Part shown: piece after piece, positions 42,693 to 53,678 of the stretch
Layout: each line of letters starts with the position of its first letter
How positions within the stretch are numbered: the first letter of the stretch is position 1
The notes under the pieces: generated by a model
What the model was told of the DNA's origin: nothing
What the model saw: only the letters and a program-made list of their open reading frames with translations
Databases searched by the model: none
Made by a program: the position numbers and the translations under genes
DNA from: Brevibacterium luteolum
GTDB lineage: Bacteria; Actinomycetota; Actinomycetes; Actinomycetales; Brevibacteriaceae
Length of the DNA: 64,000 bases
Assembly: GCF_013004595.1 (NCBI RefSeq)
Contig: NZ_JABEMC010000006.1
Coordinates: 1 to 64,000 of the forward strand
Direction: 5' to 3'

Positions 42693-43163
42693 TCAGGCCT
42701 GGCGACGCAGCGACATTGCGCGCTGAGCTTCGCGCTCATCCTGCTTGCGGCGCAGCGTCTCGCGCTTGTCCCAGTCCTTCTTACCGCGCGCGACCGCGAT
42801 CTCGACCTTCGCCCTAGAACCGTCGAAGTACAGCTCCAGCGGAACGAGCGTGCGACCGGATTCCTTAAGCTTGTGCGAGATCTTGAGGATCTCGTCCTTG
42901 TGCAGCAGCATCTTACGCTTACGGCGGGCCGAGTGATTCGTCCACGTGCCCTGCAGGTACTCGGGAATGTAGACGTTCTCCAGCCACGCCTCACCCTGGA
43001 AAATAAGCCCGAAGCCGTCGGTCAGCGAAGCGCGTCCCTCGCGCAGCGACTTGACCTCGGTGCCGGTAAGGACGAGCCCGGCCTCATAAGTGTCCTCGAT
43101 GTGGTACTCGTATCGGGCGCGGCGGTTCTTGGCAATCGTCTTCCTGCCCTGTTCCTTGGCCAT
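42693..43163 (-). CDS. smpB: SsrA-binding protein
   Basis: [35 protein letters not shown]. Confidence 0.98.
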   Translation of the reverse strand: MAKEQGRKTIAKNRRARYEYHIEDTYEAGLVLTGTEVKSLREGRASLTDGFGLIFQGEAWLENVYIPEYLQGTWTNHSARRKRKMLLHKDEILKISHKLKESGRTLVPLELYFDGSRAKVEIAVARGKKDWDKRETLRRKQDEREAQRAMSLRRQA

Positions 43164-43325
43164 GCTCCTCCTCTCACGTCTTGGGCGCACGTGTGTGCGC
43201 ACGAAGGCACCATTGTACCGGATGGCTCGCGGGGCCCTGTGCTCGCTGGGCGGGCCGCTCCCGAGGCGGTGGCCGGCGTGCGGTCTCGCTGTCGTTTTCG
43301 TGTGTTTGGGCTGGTGAGGTGGCGA

Positions 43326-43493
43326 TGTCAGTGCCTCGTGCTGTGATGGAAGCAAGGCAGGAGAAGCACGGAAGCCAGGAGCACAAAGGAGTGGTGGCCA
43401 TGATCGTGAATCCAGTGGCCGTCACGGGTGCTGCTTTCCGGCGTCTCCCCTGGTCAGGGGGCGCTGTCAGTGCCTCGTGGTGTGATGGAACCA
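43326..43493 (+). repeat. 29-bp direct repeat (27/29) upstream of the HNH gene
   Basis: TGTCAGTGCCTCGTG(C/G)TGTGATGGAA(G/C)CA at 43326-43354 and 43465-43493. Confidence 0.85.
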
Positions 43494-43524
43494 CTGCACC
43501 GGTAAGCGGAGGGAGGCGACGGCG

Positions 43525-45009
43525 ATGACTGCGACAGTTGAAGCGCCCGTGGCGGTGGCTGCTGGGGCGTACCGGACCCGGTTCTGCGCCTTCGAGAAAT
43601 CCCTCAGCGCGCTCGAGCGAGTCCAGCTGCAGGGTTATGAGGAGATGTTCGGCGTCGTGCTCGAACGAGTGCGCGCCGACAGCCGCGACAACATCGACAC
43701 CCAGGTCGATGCACTGCATTCCCTTGCCAGTGCCGACCCGACCGACGCCACTGCTGAGCCGCAAACGGCAGGCGAGGCTTCCGACGCAGCGCGCGCGGAG
43801 GCGCTGACCTGGCTGCGGGAGCGCATCGGCACACCGACCCTGACCGCCCTCGCACATGCTCTCGACGTTACCTCCAACACGGCATGGTCACGGGTGACCG
43901 GTGCTGCCACGGCTTTCATCGGACTGCCGAAACTCACCGCACAGGTGCGCGCGGGCAGATTGAGCTTCGATCGCTTCGTCTTCGCCGCCGGGCAGGCAGC
44001 ATCAGTCGACCCGGCCCTGCTCGGGCAGCTCGACACGCTGCTCGCCTCGATCACCGCGACGAAGAAGAGCGTGTACTTCTCCGAGGTCAAGGCCGCCATT
44101 GCCGCGCTGGTCACGCGCGCCGAACAGGCTCAGCAGATCCGGGAGCGCCGCCGCGTCGAGGCATTCTACGACCAACATGGCCGCGGCACACTCATCGTGC
44201 AGGGCCCGTCCCATGAGATCGCACTGCTGCACGCCCGCCTCGAAGGCATGGCCCGCTGTGTGGTCCGCGGCTACACTGCCGGCTTCGACCTGCCGGACAA
44301 CCATGTCTTCGCTGACTCCCGCTCCTTTGAGCAGCTGAAGTACGACTTCCTCATCGGCGCAACGATCGGCGGGGATGTCAACACCCTCGACCTCGCACAG
44401 GAGGCGCTGGCCAAACGGCAGGAAGCTTCGGGACACATTGGTTCGCCACTGGATCCGCTGGCGGATGATCTCGCCGACCTGCTCAGTGATACGCCCGTCT
44501 CATGCCCGGCCAGCGGCCAATGGCTGGCACGCCAGGCCAAGATCACCATCACCGTACCGGCCATGGCACTCACCGACGGTCCAGCCGCTGACGAGCTGCC
44601 CGGTTCGGTCGACGGTAGCCCCGTCAGCGCTGATGTGGCCCGCCAGCTGGTCGGCTCCGCCGGTGATACCGTCTACCGGCTGCTCACCGACCCGAACACC
44701 GGTGAAGTCCTCGACCATGTCGCAACCACCTACACGATCGGTGCACGCATGCGGCACGCACTCGTGGCTCGCTGGCGATACTGCACAGCCCCCGGCTGCG
44801 ACCGGCCAGCAACAAAAGCAGAACTCGATCACATCGAACCCTTCAACCATCGGCACCCCACCCGCGGTGGGCCAACAACCATGGAAAACCTGCATCCTTT
44901 GTGCAAGCAGCACCATCAGCTCAAGACGCAAGGGGTGTTCAGACTCAGACGCGAGCCCCGAGCAGGGGTGCTGACATGGACGCTGCCAGGAGGCACAACA
45001 GGGGGCTGA
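43525..45009 (+). CDS. DUF222 + HNH endonuclease (13E12-repeat-like), C-terminus cut by IS3
   Basis: CTAPGCDRPATKAELDHIEPF..GGPTTMENLHPLCKQHHQLKT. The stop codon lies inside the IS end. Confidence 0.9.
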   Translation: MTATVEAPVAVAAGAYRTRFCAFEKSLSALERVQLQGYEEMFGVVLERVRADSRDNIDTQVDALHSLASADPTDATAEPQTAGEASDAARAEALTWLRERIGTPTLTALAHALDVTSNTAWSRVTGAATAFIGLPKLTAQVRAGRLSFDRFVFAAGQAASVDPALLGQLDTLLASITATKKSVYFSEVKAAIAALVTRAEQAQQIRERRRVEAFYDQHGRGTLIVQGPSHEIALLHARLEGMARCVVRGYTAGFDLPDNHVFADSRSFEQLKYDFLIGATIGGDVNTLDLAQEALAKRQEASGHIGSPLDPLADDLADLLSDTPVSCPASGQWLARQAKITITVPAMALTDGPAADELPGSVDGSPVSADVARQLVGSAGDTVYRLLTDPNTGEVLDHVATTYTIGARMRHALVARWRYCTAPGCDRPATKAELDHIEPFNHRHPTRGGPTTMENLHPLCKQHHQLKTQGVFRLRREPRAGVLTWTLPGGTTGG

Positions 45010-45041
45010 TGCAGGAACGGGTGACAGATGCAGTTTCCTGT

Positions 45042-45935
45042 TCAGGCCGTTAGCGTCAGCGCCTGCGTGAGTAGTTTCTCCTCGTAGGCGACCGGGGTCA
45101 ATTTCTCCAGCCCCTTCTGCTTCCTCCTTCGGTGATAGGTCCTCTCGATCCAGGAGACGATCCGCGTCCGCAGCTCTTCCCTGGTCCGCCACGGCTGCGC
45201 GTCGAGCACGTTGTTCTGCAACAGGCTGTAGAAGGATTCCATGGCTGCGTTATCCCCGGCGGCACCGACTCGACCCATGGATCCGACTAGGCCGTGGTAT
45301 TCCAATGCGCGGAGGAATTTCTTCGCTCGAAATTGCGATCCTCGATCGCTGTGGACGATGCATCCGGCCACCTCAGCCCCGGTGCGGGCCCGGTTGGCAA
45401 TGGCGTTGTTCAGTGCCCGTACCGCCAGCGAGGCCTTCATCCTGCTATCGATGCTGTAGCCGATGATCCGCCGTGAGCAGGCGTCCTTGACCGCACAGAG
45501 ATAGAGCTTTCCCTCACCGGTGTGGTGCTCGGTGATATCGGTCAGCCACACCTCGTTCAGAGCCTTCACGGCGCTGAACTGCCGGGCCACTAGATCATCG
45601 TGAACCGGTGGCCCGGGGCGAGTGCCCTTACCCTTGCGCCGACGGCTGATCACCGAGAACACCCCCTGAGAGCGGCAGAGCCGCCAGGCGGTGCGGTGGG
45701 CCATCGGGTAGCCGGCTGCTTCTGCTTCATCGGCCAGGTATCGATACCCGAACTCAGGATCCTCTCGGTGAGCATCGATCAGGGCATTGAGCCGGTGGGC
45801 CTCTTCCCACTCGGTATCGCTGATGGGGTTGGCCAGCCACCGGTAGTAGGGCTGGCGGGCGATCTTCAGCACCCGGCACGTCACCGCCACAGGGATTCCC
45901 GCAGCGGCGAGATCGCGTACGAGCGGGTACTTCAT
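45042..45935 (-). CDS. IS3 transposase OrfB (DDE)
   Basis: WLTDITE, HSDRGSQF, DNAAMESF. Confidence 0.95.
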   Translation of the reverse strand: MKYPLVRDLAAAGIPVAVTCRVLKIARQPYYRWLANPISDTEWEEAHRLNALIDAHREDPEFGYRYLADEAEAAGYPMAHRTAWRLCRSQGVFSVISRRRKGKGTRPGPPVHDDLVARQFSAVKALNEVWLTDITEHHTGEGKLYLCAVKDACSRRIIGYSIDSRMKASLAVRALNNAIANRARTGAEVAGCIVHSDRGSQFRAKKFLRALEYHGLVGSMGRVGAAGDNAAMESFYSLLQNNVLDAQPWRTREELRTRIVSWIERTYHRRRKQKGLEKLTPVAYEEKLLTQALTLTA

Positions 45936-46237
45936 TTTGACCGAATCTGAGCTTGACCGAAGTAGGCCGCAGCCCGGCGCATCACCTCTAGCTCCTGCTC
46001 CAGGCGTCGGATCTTGCGGTTGGCAGCAGCCAGCTGGGACTTCTCATCGGTAGTCGGTCCAGGCTTACGGCGCTCAGTGTTGCCGGAGTCTAGATCGGCT
46101 TGGCGCATCCACTTGGTCAACGTGCCTTCATGGATGCCGAAGTCCTTAGCGACCTCAGCGATCGTGACATCATGATCGCGTTGCTGAGCAACACGCACCA
46201 CATCGTCTTTGAACTCCTTCGGGTAAGGCTTGGGCAT
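45932..46237 (-). CDS. IS3 transposase OrfA (HTH + leucine zipper)
   Basis: MPKPYPKEFKDDVV...LTKW...LEQELEVMRRAAAYF. AAAATGA overlap with orfB in the -1 frame. Confidence 0.93.
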   Translation of the reverse strand: MPKPYPKEFKDDVVRVAQQRDHDVTIAEVAKDFGIHEGTLTKWMRQADLDSGNTERRKPGPTTDEKSQLAAANRKIRRLEQELEVMRRAAAYFGQAQIRSK

Positions 46238-46306
46238 GATGACAATCCTTCCAGGCACGGGGTGACCGAGCCAGATCAGTTGTCACCTATCCCTGCATCA
46301 GCCCCC

Positions 46307-46462
46307 AGAACGACCCATCCACCAGGGTCAGTGCTGCACCGCCGGCATGCCGAACTCATCGCCAGCACCACACCAGCTGAACCCCACCAGCCAGGCTCGC
46401 CAGACCCACACAACGAACCAAACGACGGGCTCTTCTCCCCTGCCGAAGCATGCCCGTCATGA
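46307..46462 (+). pseudogene. orphaned C-terminal tail of the HNH gene
   Basis: RTTHPPGSVL... continues WTLPGGTT in frame when 45001-46306 is removed. Confidence 0.7.
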
Positions 46463-46596
46463 AAACCTCGCCGCCCTCACACCTGGGCCCGCAGCGACAC
46501 GTCGGCACAGCCAGTGTCAGCCGATGTCGCAGCAGCGCAGGACAGGGGCTGAGCGACCGTTGTTTGAAAACCGCACAGTGAAACACGTGGCCCTTC

Positions 46597-46634
46597 GGGT
46601 GTGGCTGGGCCGGCTTTCCGGCTCGGCCGCACCC
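46597..46634. terminator. hairpin after the M23 peptidase gene
   Basis: GGGTGTGGCTGGGCCGG-cttt-CCGGCTCGGCCGCACCC. Confidence 0.6.
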
Positions 46635-46644
46635 ATAGGCAGGA

Positions 46645-47892
46645 TCAGCTGATCCAGGGCATCGGGTTAACGTACGAGCCGTTCTGCATGATCTCGAAGT
46701 GCAGGTGACAGCCAGTGGAGGCACCAGTCGTGCCAGAGGAGGCGATAACCTGGCCCTGCTTGACCCGCGAACCGGATCGCACCTTCAGGCTGGAGTTGTG
46801 GCTGTAGGTCGATGCGATCTTGGAGCCCTTCATCTTACCGTGGGAGATCACGACCCGGTTGCCATAGCCACCAGCCCAGCCGGCTGAGACGACGACACCA
46901 TCACCGGATGCGCGCACCGGCGAGCCGCAGCCCATGCCGAAGTCGGTGCCGGTATGCAGTTTGCGCCGCTTGGAGATCGGGTGGATGCGGTAGCCGAACG
47001 GTGAGGTGATCGGGTAGCCCTGTGCCGGGTTGATGAGATCGCCGTTGCCGGTGGGCAGTCCCTTCTTCTCCTGCTCCTTCTCCCACTCCTCGACTTCCTT
47101 GGCAAGCCGGTCCTGCTCTGCCTGCTGCTCCTCAAGCTGCCGTTCGGCCTCGTCACGGCTGTCCTCGATGCGCTTGGACGCCTCGTCCTTCGTGGTGATG
47201 AGCGAGTCAAGGTCGTCGCGCTTCTGCTTGGCGTCGCGCTCAGCGGCTTCCTTGCGCAGCACCACCTTCGCAGCTTCTTCTTTCAGGTCGGCGATCTCGT
47301 CGGTGACTGCATCGAGGCGGTCCTTGTTGTTCATGTTGAGCGAGCGCTGCTCCGACAGCTGGGTGATGCTGCGCTGCTGGGCGCGCACCGCCGAGTCGAC
47401 GCGTGTGGCCCCCGAGGCTCCGTTCTGCTTGCTGGCCATCTGCAGCAGCATCGCGACATCTGAGGTGACACCGGAGTTCTGATAGGCCTGGCGGGCGATC
47501 TTCGTCACCGACTTCTGCTTCTTGTCCAGGTCGGCTTCGCCCTTGTTGATGTCATCCTGCAGGCTGGACTGAGCGTTCTCGGCCGACGTCAGACGGGCGC
47601 CGAGCTCTTCATCTTCGCGCTGTGCGTCTTCGAGTTCTTCCTGCGCCTTGTCGAGGGCTTCCTCCGCCCCGGGCATCTCCTCTTCGGCCGCTTCCTTCTC
47701 AGCAATGGTACGGGCGAGGTCATCGTCGAGATCGCGGAACTCCTTCTGAAGCTCCTCGACACGCTTGTCGATGCGGTTCTTCTGCTCCTTGGGATTCGCC
47801 ACTGCCGAGGTCACGGGCATGAGCAGGGTGAGGAACATGGCGATCGCTGCCAACAGTAGCGCGGGGAGGATTCGTCCGTTCGTCTTCAGCAT
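46645..47892 (-). CDS. secreted coiled-coil M23 peptidase (EnvC-like FtsEX partner)
   Basis: Signal peptide, long coiled coil, HTGTD and HLHFE motifs. Directly follows ftsX. Confidence 0.9.
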   Translation of the reverse strand: MLKTNGRILPALLLAAIAMFLTLLMPVTSAVANPKEQKNRIDKRVEELQKEFRDLDDDLARTIAEKEAAEEEMPGAEEALDKAQEELEDAQREDEELGARLTSAENAQSSLQDDINKGEADLDKKQKSVTKIARQAYQNSGVTSDVAMLLQMASKQNGASGATRVDSAVRAQQRSITQLSEQRSLNMNNKDRLDAVTDEIADLKEEAAKVVLRKEAAERDAKQKRDDLDSLITTKDEASKRIEDSRDEAERQLEEQQAEQDRLAKEVEEWEKEQEKKGLPTGNGDLINPAQGYPITSPFGYRIHPISKRRKLHTGTDFGMGCGSPVRASGDGVVVSAGWAGGYGNRVVISHGKMKGSKIASTYSHNSSLKVRSGSRVKQGQVIASSGTTGASTGCHLHFEIMQNGSYVNPMPWIS

Positions 47893-47897
47893 CCCAC

Positions 47898-48812
47898 TCA
47901 GACCTTCATGTACCGGCGCAGTGTCACAAGCGAGGACAGTCCAGCCATGAGCACGCCCACCAGCACCAGGAACGGTGCGATGAGAGCGACGTCGGCGACT
48001 GAGACCAAGTCGAAGCTCGCCAATTGCGATTGTAGCCAACCAGTGATGCCGAAGTGCACGATCACAGCCAATCCCAAGGCTGCCATCAGGGATCCGATCG
48101 CCGCGGCGATCACGCCTTCGAGCACGAACGGCAGCTGGATGAACATGTTCGATGCGCCGACCAGTCGCATGATGCCCGTCTCTCTGCGTCTGGAGAAAGC
48201 CGACAATCGAATCGTCGTGGCGATGAGCAGGACAGCGCACAGCAGCATGATCGCGGCGATGCCGATAGCGATCGCCGTCATGACGTTCATAACGGAGAAC
48301 AGCTGATCGAGCAGCTGATTCTGATCGACGACCTCCTCGACACCGGGCGTGGCGGAGAAGTACTCGTTGATGATCTCGTACTGCTCAGCATCAGCGAGCT
48401 TGACGCGATAGGACTCCTGCATCTGGTCTTGTGGGATGGAGCCCTCCAGCGACGTACCCGCGAACTGCTCCTGAAAGAGCTTGTAGGCCATCGCCTTGTC
48501 CTCGAAGATGACGTCTTCGACATAGGGACTCAGGTCGGCACCTTCGAGCGCCGTCTCGATCTGCTGCTTCTGCTCGGCCGTCGCCTCACCCGTCGCGCAG
48601 GTCGGTGCCTCGGAATCCGGCGGGCACAGGAAGATCGCCACCTGCACACGGTCGTACCAGTAGTCCTTCATGCCCGAGATCTGCATCTGCAGCAGTGCGG
48701 CCGCGCCGACGAAGAGCAGGGAGACGAACGTGACGAGGATGACCGAGACGACCATCGACATGTTCCGGCGCAGGCCGTTCCACGTCTCGGAGAGGATGAA
48801 GGAGAACCTCAT
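47898..48812 (-). CDS. ftsX: cell division permease
   Basis: [24 protein letters not shown]. Confidence 0.96.
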   Translation of the reverse strand: MRFSFILSETWNGLRRNMSMVVSVILVTFVSLLFVGAAALLQMQISGMKDYWYDRVQVAIFLCPPDSEAPTCATGEATAEQKQQIETALEGADLSPYVEDVIFEDKAMAYKLFQEQFAGTSLEGSIPQDQMQESYRVKLADAEQYEIINEYFSATPGVEEVVDQNQLLDQLFSVMNVMTAIAIGIAAIMLLCAVLLIATTIRLSAFSRRRETGIMRLVGASNMFIQLPFVLEGVIAAAIGSLMAALGLAVIVHFGITGWLQSQLASFDLVSVADVALIAPFLVLVGVLMAGLSSLVTLRRYMKV

Positions 48813-49498
48813 GCGCTCACCCCGTAGCTGCCGTGCTCGTCATCGCGGACGATCCGGCCCTTGCTCAGCTCGATGACGCGGCGGTTCATCCGGTTGACGA
48901 TGTCCCCGTCGTGGGTGGCCATGAGCACGGTAGTCCCGGCGCGGTTGATGCGCTGGAGGACCTCCATGATCTCGTCGCCGGTAATCGGGTCGAGGTTGCC
49001 CGTCGGCTCGTCGGCAAGTAGGATCGCCGGCTTGTTGACAACGGCACGGGCGATGGCCACGCGCTGCTGTTCACCACCGGAAAGCTCGTGCGGATAGCGC
49101 TTATGCTTGCCCTCGAGACCAACGGTTTCGAGCACATCGGGCACGAGAGTCGAGATCGCAGCCCGGGTCTTGCCGATGACGTGGAGGGTGAAGGCGACGT
49201 TGTCGAAGACGGTCTTGTTCGGCAGCAGACGGAAGTCCTGGAAGACGGTGCCGATGTTGCGACGCAGATACGGCACCCGCCAGGAGGGCATCTTGACGAC
49301 GGATTTCCCAGCCACTCGGATCCGGCCGCTGGTGGGCACCTCTTCGCGCAGCACCAGGCGGATGACGGTCGATTTCCCCGAACCCGAGGCGCCGACGAGG
49401 AAGACGAAGTCGCCGGCCTCAGCGGTGAAGGAGATGTCGTTCAGGGCTGGCTGAGCCTTGGAATCGTAGACTTTGGTGACCGATTCGAAGGTGATCAA
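48809..49498 (-). CDS. ftsE: cell division ATPase
   Basis: [38 protein letters not shown] start inferred. Confidence 0.96.
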   Translation of the reverse strand: MITFESVTKVYDSKAQPALNDISFTAEAGDFVFLVGASGSGKSTVIRLVLREEVPTSGRIRVAGKSVVKMPSWRVPYLRRNIGTVFQDFRLLPNKTVFDNVAFTLHVIGKTRAAISTLVPDVLETVGLEGKHKRYPHELSGGEQQRVAIARAVVNKPAILLADEPTGNLDPITGDEIMEVLQRINRAGTTVLMATHDGDIVNRMNRRVIELSKGRIVRDDEHGSYGVSA

Positions 49499-49629
49499 AT
49501 GAGGTTCGCAATCGCAGAGGGACAGTGGCAATCGCTCCCACTGTACGAACTTCCACCGGCCAATGCGCGCACCTCATCTGGCGAGTCGCTCACGGTTCGG
49601 TGTGAGATCGCCTGCGGTGACCGGTCAGA

Positions 49630-50760
49630 TCAGGCGAGTTCCGCCTCGGCTTCGGCGGCTTTCTGCTGCTCCTTGCGCCAGCGGATACCGGCTTCGAGGA
49701 ACGCGTCGATGTCGCCGTCGAAGACGGCAGGCGGGTTGGACTCCTCGTGCCCAGTCCGCAGATCCTTGACCATCTGGTACGGGTGGGTGACGTACGAGCG
49801 CATCTGATCGCCCCAGCTGGCCTTGATGTCACCGGCGAGGTTCTTCTTCTCCCGTTCCTCCTCCTCGTGCTTGAGCTGCAGCAGGCGGGACTGCAGGACG
49901 CGCATCGCAGCGGCACGGTTCTGGATCTGGGACTTCTCGTTCTGCATGCTCACCACAGTGCCGGTCGGCACGTGGGTGATGCGCACCGCCGAGTCAGTCG
50001 TGTTGACTGACTGGCCGCCAGGGCCTGAGGAACGGTAGACGTCGATGCGCAGGTCGTTCTCGTCGATCTCGATGTGGTCGGTCGCCTCGATGAGCGGGAT
50101 GACTTCGACGGCGGCGAACGAGGTGTGGCGGCGGGCGTTCGAGTCGAACGGGCTGATGCGCACGAGCCGGTGCGTGCCGGCCTCGACCGAGAGCGTGCCG
50201 TAGGCGTACGGGGCGTTGATCTGGATGGTCGCCGACTTCACGCCGGCGCCTTCCGCGTACGAGGTGTCGAGTTCCTGGACGCTGTAGTCCTTGCTCTCAG
50301 CCCACCGGATGTACATGCGGGTCAGAGTCTGGGCGAAGTCGGTGGCGTCGTCGCCGCCGGCGCCGGAGCGCACGGTGATGACCGCGGCGCGCTCGTCGTA
50401 TTCGCCCGAGAGCAGCGTGGCGATCTCCAGGGAGTCGAGTTCGCGGCGCAGCTTGCCGATCTCGTCTTCGGCTTCGGCAAGGGTGTCGGCGTCGTCTTCG
50501 TCCTCGGCCATCGAGACGAGCAGCTCGACGTCCTCGATGCGGGAGTCGAACTTCTCGAGCTTCTCCAGGTGCCCCTGCCGGTGGGACAGTTTCGAGGTCA
50601 CCTGCTGTGCCTCATCCGGGTTGTCCCACAGGTCCGGTGCCGCCGCAGCCTCGGTCAGCTCTGCGACCTCGGAGCGCAGCTGGTCGATGTCGGAGACATC
50701 GCGGATCGAGGCGTAGGTCTGTTTGAGGGCAGCGATCTCGGAAGAAAAGTCAATGGCCAT
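49630..50760 (-). CDS. prfB: peptide chain release factor 2 (no internal frameshift)
   Basis: SPF anticodon motif, GGQ motif. Confidence 0.98.
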   Translation of the reverse strand: MAIDFSSEIAALKQTYASIRDVSDIDQLRSEVAELTEAAAAPDLWDNPDEAQQVTSKLSHRQGHLEKLEKFDSRIEDVELLVSMAEDEDDADTLAEAEDEIGKLRRELDSLEIATLLSGEYDERAAVITVRSGAGGDDATDFAQTLTRMYIRWAESKDYSVQELDTSYAEGAGVKSATIQINAPYAYGTLSVEAGTHRLVRISPFDSNARRHTSFAAVEVIPLIEATDHIEIDENDLRIDVYRSSGPGGQSVNTTDSAVRITHVPTGTVVSMQNEKSQIQNRAAAMRVLQSRLLQLKHEEEEREKKNLAGDIKASWGDQMRSYVTHPYQMVKDLRTGHEESNPPAVFDGDIDAFLEAGIRWRKEQQKAAEAEAELA

Positions 50761-50819
50761 AGTGCTCCCTAGCGTAGTGCATGATGCCTGCGGCCGCGGT
50801 GGCTCACCCGGTTGCTGCT

Positions 50820-53600
50820 TCAGCGCCACGCTGTGCGCAGCACCGTCGTCAGCTCCAGCGGCGCGTGGGAGCGCACCGCGGTGAGGATGCCGGCTCCCTC
50901 AGGACTGCGAGTGTAGACCGGTGCCCCGCCTCCGACCCACATCTCCCACGCTTGTGCATAGGCCTCTGCCCGGGATCGGTTCGCTCCCAGCACTGCCGGC
51001 ACGGGATGCCACACCGGTGTGTGTTCATGTGCCGTTCCGGCCCCGGAGCGCAGATCCTCCCAGAGCCCACGCAGCCCTGGACGCCGCGGTTCCAGATGCC
51101 AGCTGGGAATCAGATAGCGCGGATCTGAGATCGGCGAGACGGCCTCGTCGAGGGCAAGCGCGAAGACCTCAGCTGATCCAGGATCGGCGTCGAGATGGAT
51201 CCGCTGGTCCCCGCAGGCATCGATGCTCACACGCACCGCGTCCGCACCTGCGGAGCTTGCACCTGTGTCGTGCAGAGCATCGGCGATTGCTCCAGCGATC
51301 TCAGCGACAGTCGGTGCACGCCCATACAGACGCCGGCGCCGATGTCCAGCGACAGACAACGTCACCGGCAGGCTGGCGAGTGTGAGTGCAGCGATGACAC
51401 TCAGCGCTGCGGCGAGCAGACCACTGCTCGCGACCGCGCCGACAGCGGCAAGCAACCCGATGCCGCTCCATGCGCTCAGGGCTCCGAAGCCGAGGCGGAA
51501 TGGCAGCAGGTTCCCGGGGTCGCCGGAACGGTGACGAGGCGACACGGTGATGGCGTCGATGCCCGAAGCGTCGCTGTTCGGTCGGTTCCCGGCATCGGGC
51601 GCGGAGACGATGCGCACCGTCCTGATCGGCTCGTCCCGATACTCTCCGCCGACGTTCCAGCGCTGGGCCACCTCAGACCGCGCCTGAGCTCGCGTGATCA
51701 TACGAGCGTTGATCTCGTCGAACATCGCGTCGGCGGGAGGTTCGAAGGCGGAGAACGACGGATCGATATGGGCGACGCCGTCAACGACGTCTCCGTCGGC
51801 ATCAGTGCCGAAGAAGCCGTCGTGTTTGCGGACGAGTCGGATCCAGTCCTGGTCTCCGCGCGGGTGGTTCGAGCTGGAGCAGACGACAGTCCAGTTGAGT
51901 GCCACCTTCTCCGGCCATGCGGGGTCCTTTCGCAGCGCACGTCCGCGGGTCTGTGTGACTGCTGTCGGAGTGGTCGCGGTGGACAGGTCGATGATCCCGG
52001 TGGCCGCTGGGGCGTCCCAGCCCTCGCCGAGCAGCCCCCGGGTGCCGATGAGGATCTGAGCATGCCCGCGGCTGAAGTACTCGGTGATGAGCGGCAGCCA
52101 GGTGCGGGCGGTCCAGCCTCCTTCGAGGCGGCTGACCCCGTTCGACGGCTCGCTCATGGCCAGCCGTGACGCCAGAGCTGTGTCGCTCTCGGCGATCCAC
52201 GCGTGAAGGTCGGACAGCACACCGGCAGCGCCGGCGACCGTGCGCCCGGACACCAGCAGCGGGCGCAGCGGCTCGGTGCGCGGATCGGCGATGAGCGTTT
52301 CGAGGACGAGGAGTGCAGAACCGGATTGTTCGCTCAGCACGGCGCTGACGTCAGCAGACAATCGCGCGGTGGCGGATTCGAAGTCACACAGGATGAGCAT
52401 CCGCAGACGCTCGGACAGCTCGGCTGCTTCAATGGCGATGATGTCGGCACACGCCTGCGGCTTGGCAGCCGAGCGGGCGATGACCCGGTCGGCCGGCGAG
52501 CGACCGGCACGGATGCCGTGCCGGGTCCACCGGTAGCCGAGGGCCGGCAGCGCGCGGCGGATCGCCTCGGCGTTGGCCGCATCACCGGCGTGACCGGAGA
52601 CGCGCAGGCTGTTGCGCATCCAATCGTCGACCAGCCTCATCCAGTCGTCGATGTCGGGGTCCCGGCGATGCTGTTCGCCGACTCTGGCACCCGGGGGAAG
52701 ACCCAGCAGTCCCGCGTGGTGGAGGCGCAGAGCTGCGTCGGCCAGTTCGGGAGCGGCCCTGCTGAGGTCCGTCCAGCTGACTGTTTCAGCGCGGGTGCCG
52801 AGGAACCGCTGATCGGCCCATGTGAGGAATCCCGAACTGCCATGGGTGTGGCCGAGGCTGAGGATGCTGGTGATGAATTCGTCGAAGTGAACGCTGGTCG
52901 CTGCCAGCCAGTCCGCTTCTTCGCGGGTTGGGGTTGTCAGCCAGACGAGGTCGGCGAAGGGCGCCAGATCGCCTTCCTTGACCGCAGCCGGGATCGAGGC
53001 TGCGTAGCGAACCTCGGAGAAGAGACTGTCCACCAGCTCGTTCTGCTGTCGCGTCATCGTCGCCGGAGGTGTGGCGGTCAGCCCGAGCACCCACACCTCG
53101 GGAAGCATGTCGAGCAGCTCAGCCAGCAGCGAACCCCACACGTCGAGCAGGTGATGGCACTCATCGAGGATGAGCAGCACCGAGCCGGCAGCTGCGATCC
53201 GGTCGACGAGCGCCCTGCCGCCCGGCGCGAGCTCTTCGAGCAGGCTGCCCATGCTGCGCTCGTCATCGAACACAGCCAGTGACTGATAGGTCAGCGCAGT
53301 GAATGTCGCGTGCAGCCCCCGGTCCGTGCCGGCGGCGCCGAAATCGTCATCGCCGCGACCGTTCCACGCATGCGCCCACTGGCCTTGGATCGCGGTGTTG
53401 GGACCGAAGGCGACCACGGTGTCAACGGTGTGCTGAGCCAGTAGCGTCTGAGCGTGCTCGATCCCGACGCGTGTCTTGCCGGCACCGGGAGGCAGGACGA
53501 TCCACGACCGGCGTTGATCAGCAGCGCTCGCGGCGGCGAGAGCGGCGAGCGCTTCCCGCTGGTGCCGGCGCAGAGGCGGCAGAGCTCCTGCCGTCATCAT
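50820..53600 (-). CDS. SF2 (DEAD/DEAH-like) helicase with C-terminal membrane hairpin; start approximate
   Basis: [31 protein letters not shown]. Hydrophobic stretch near the C-terminus. Confidence 0.88.
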   Translation of the reverse strand: MMTAGALPPLRRHQREALAALAAASAADQRRSWIVLPPGAGKTRVGIEHAQTLLAQHTVDTVVAFGPNTAIQGQWAHAWNGRGDDDFGAAGTDRGLHATFTALTYQSLAVFDDERSMGSLLEELAPGGRALVDRIAAAGSVLLILDECHHLLDVWGSLLAELLDMLPEVWVLGLTATPPATMTRQQNELVDSLFSEVRYAASIPAAVKEGDLAPFADLVWLTTPTREEADWLAATSVHFDEFITSILSLGHTHGSSGFLTWADQRFLGTRAETVSWTDLSRAAPELADAALRLHHAGLLGLPPGARVGEQHRRDPDIDDWMRLVDDWMRNSLRVSGHAGDAANAEAIRRALPALGYRWTRHGIRAGRSPADRVIARSAAKPQACADIIAIEAAELSERLRMLILCDFESATARLSADVSAVLSEQSGSALLVLETLIADPRTEPLRPLLVSGRTVAGAAGVLSDLHAWIAESDTALASRLAMSEPSNGVSRLEGGWTARTWLPLITEYFSRGHAQILIGTRGLLGEGWDAPAATGIIDLSTATTPTAVTQTRGRALRKDPAWPEKVALNWTVVCSSSNHPRGDQDWIRLVRKHDGFFGTDADGDVVDGVAHIDPSFSAFEPPADAMFDEINARMITRAQARSEVAQRWNVGGEYRDEPIRTVRIVSAPDAGNRPNSDASGIDAITVSPRHRSGDPGNLLPFRLGFGALSAWSGIGLLAAVGAVASSGLLAAALSVIAALTLASLPVTLSVAGHRRRRLYGRAPTVAEIAGAIADALHDTGASSAGADAVRVSIDACGDQRIHLDADPGSAEVFALALDEAVSPISDPRYLIPSWHLEPRRPGLRGLWEDLRSGAGTAHEHTPVWHPVPAVLGANRSRAEAYAQAWEMWVGGGAPVYTRSPEGAGILTAVRSHAPLELTTVLRTAWR

Positions 53601-53678
53601 CTCCCCTCTCGTCGAGATGCCCGGGGCCACTCTACGCGCAAGCGTCTCGCCGTACAGCCGTGGTGCGTGTGTCATCGA

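Larger units (their letters stand above)
45001..46306 (-). mobile_element. IS3 family insertion sequence (~1.3 kb)
   Basis: 26-bp terminal IRs, 23/26 identical (45001-45026 and 46281-46306). Contains orfA and orfB. Exact ends and target duplication are ambiguous. Confidence 0.95.

Noticed and set aside
43326..43493. Possible CRISPR mini-array
   Set aside because: Only two copies, a 110-bp spacer and no cas genes. A promoter duplication explains it better.
49630..50760. prfB programmed frameshift
   Set aside because: The ORF is continuous, as is usual in actinobacteria.
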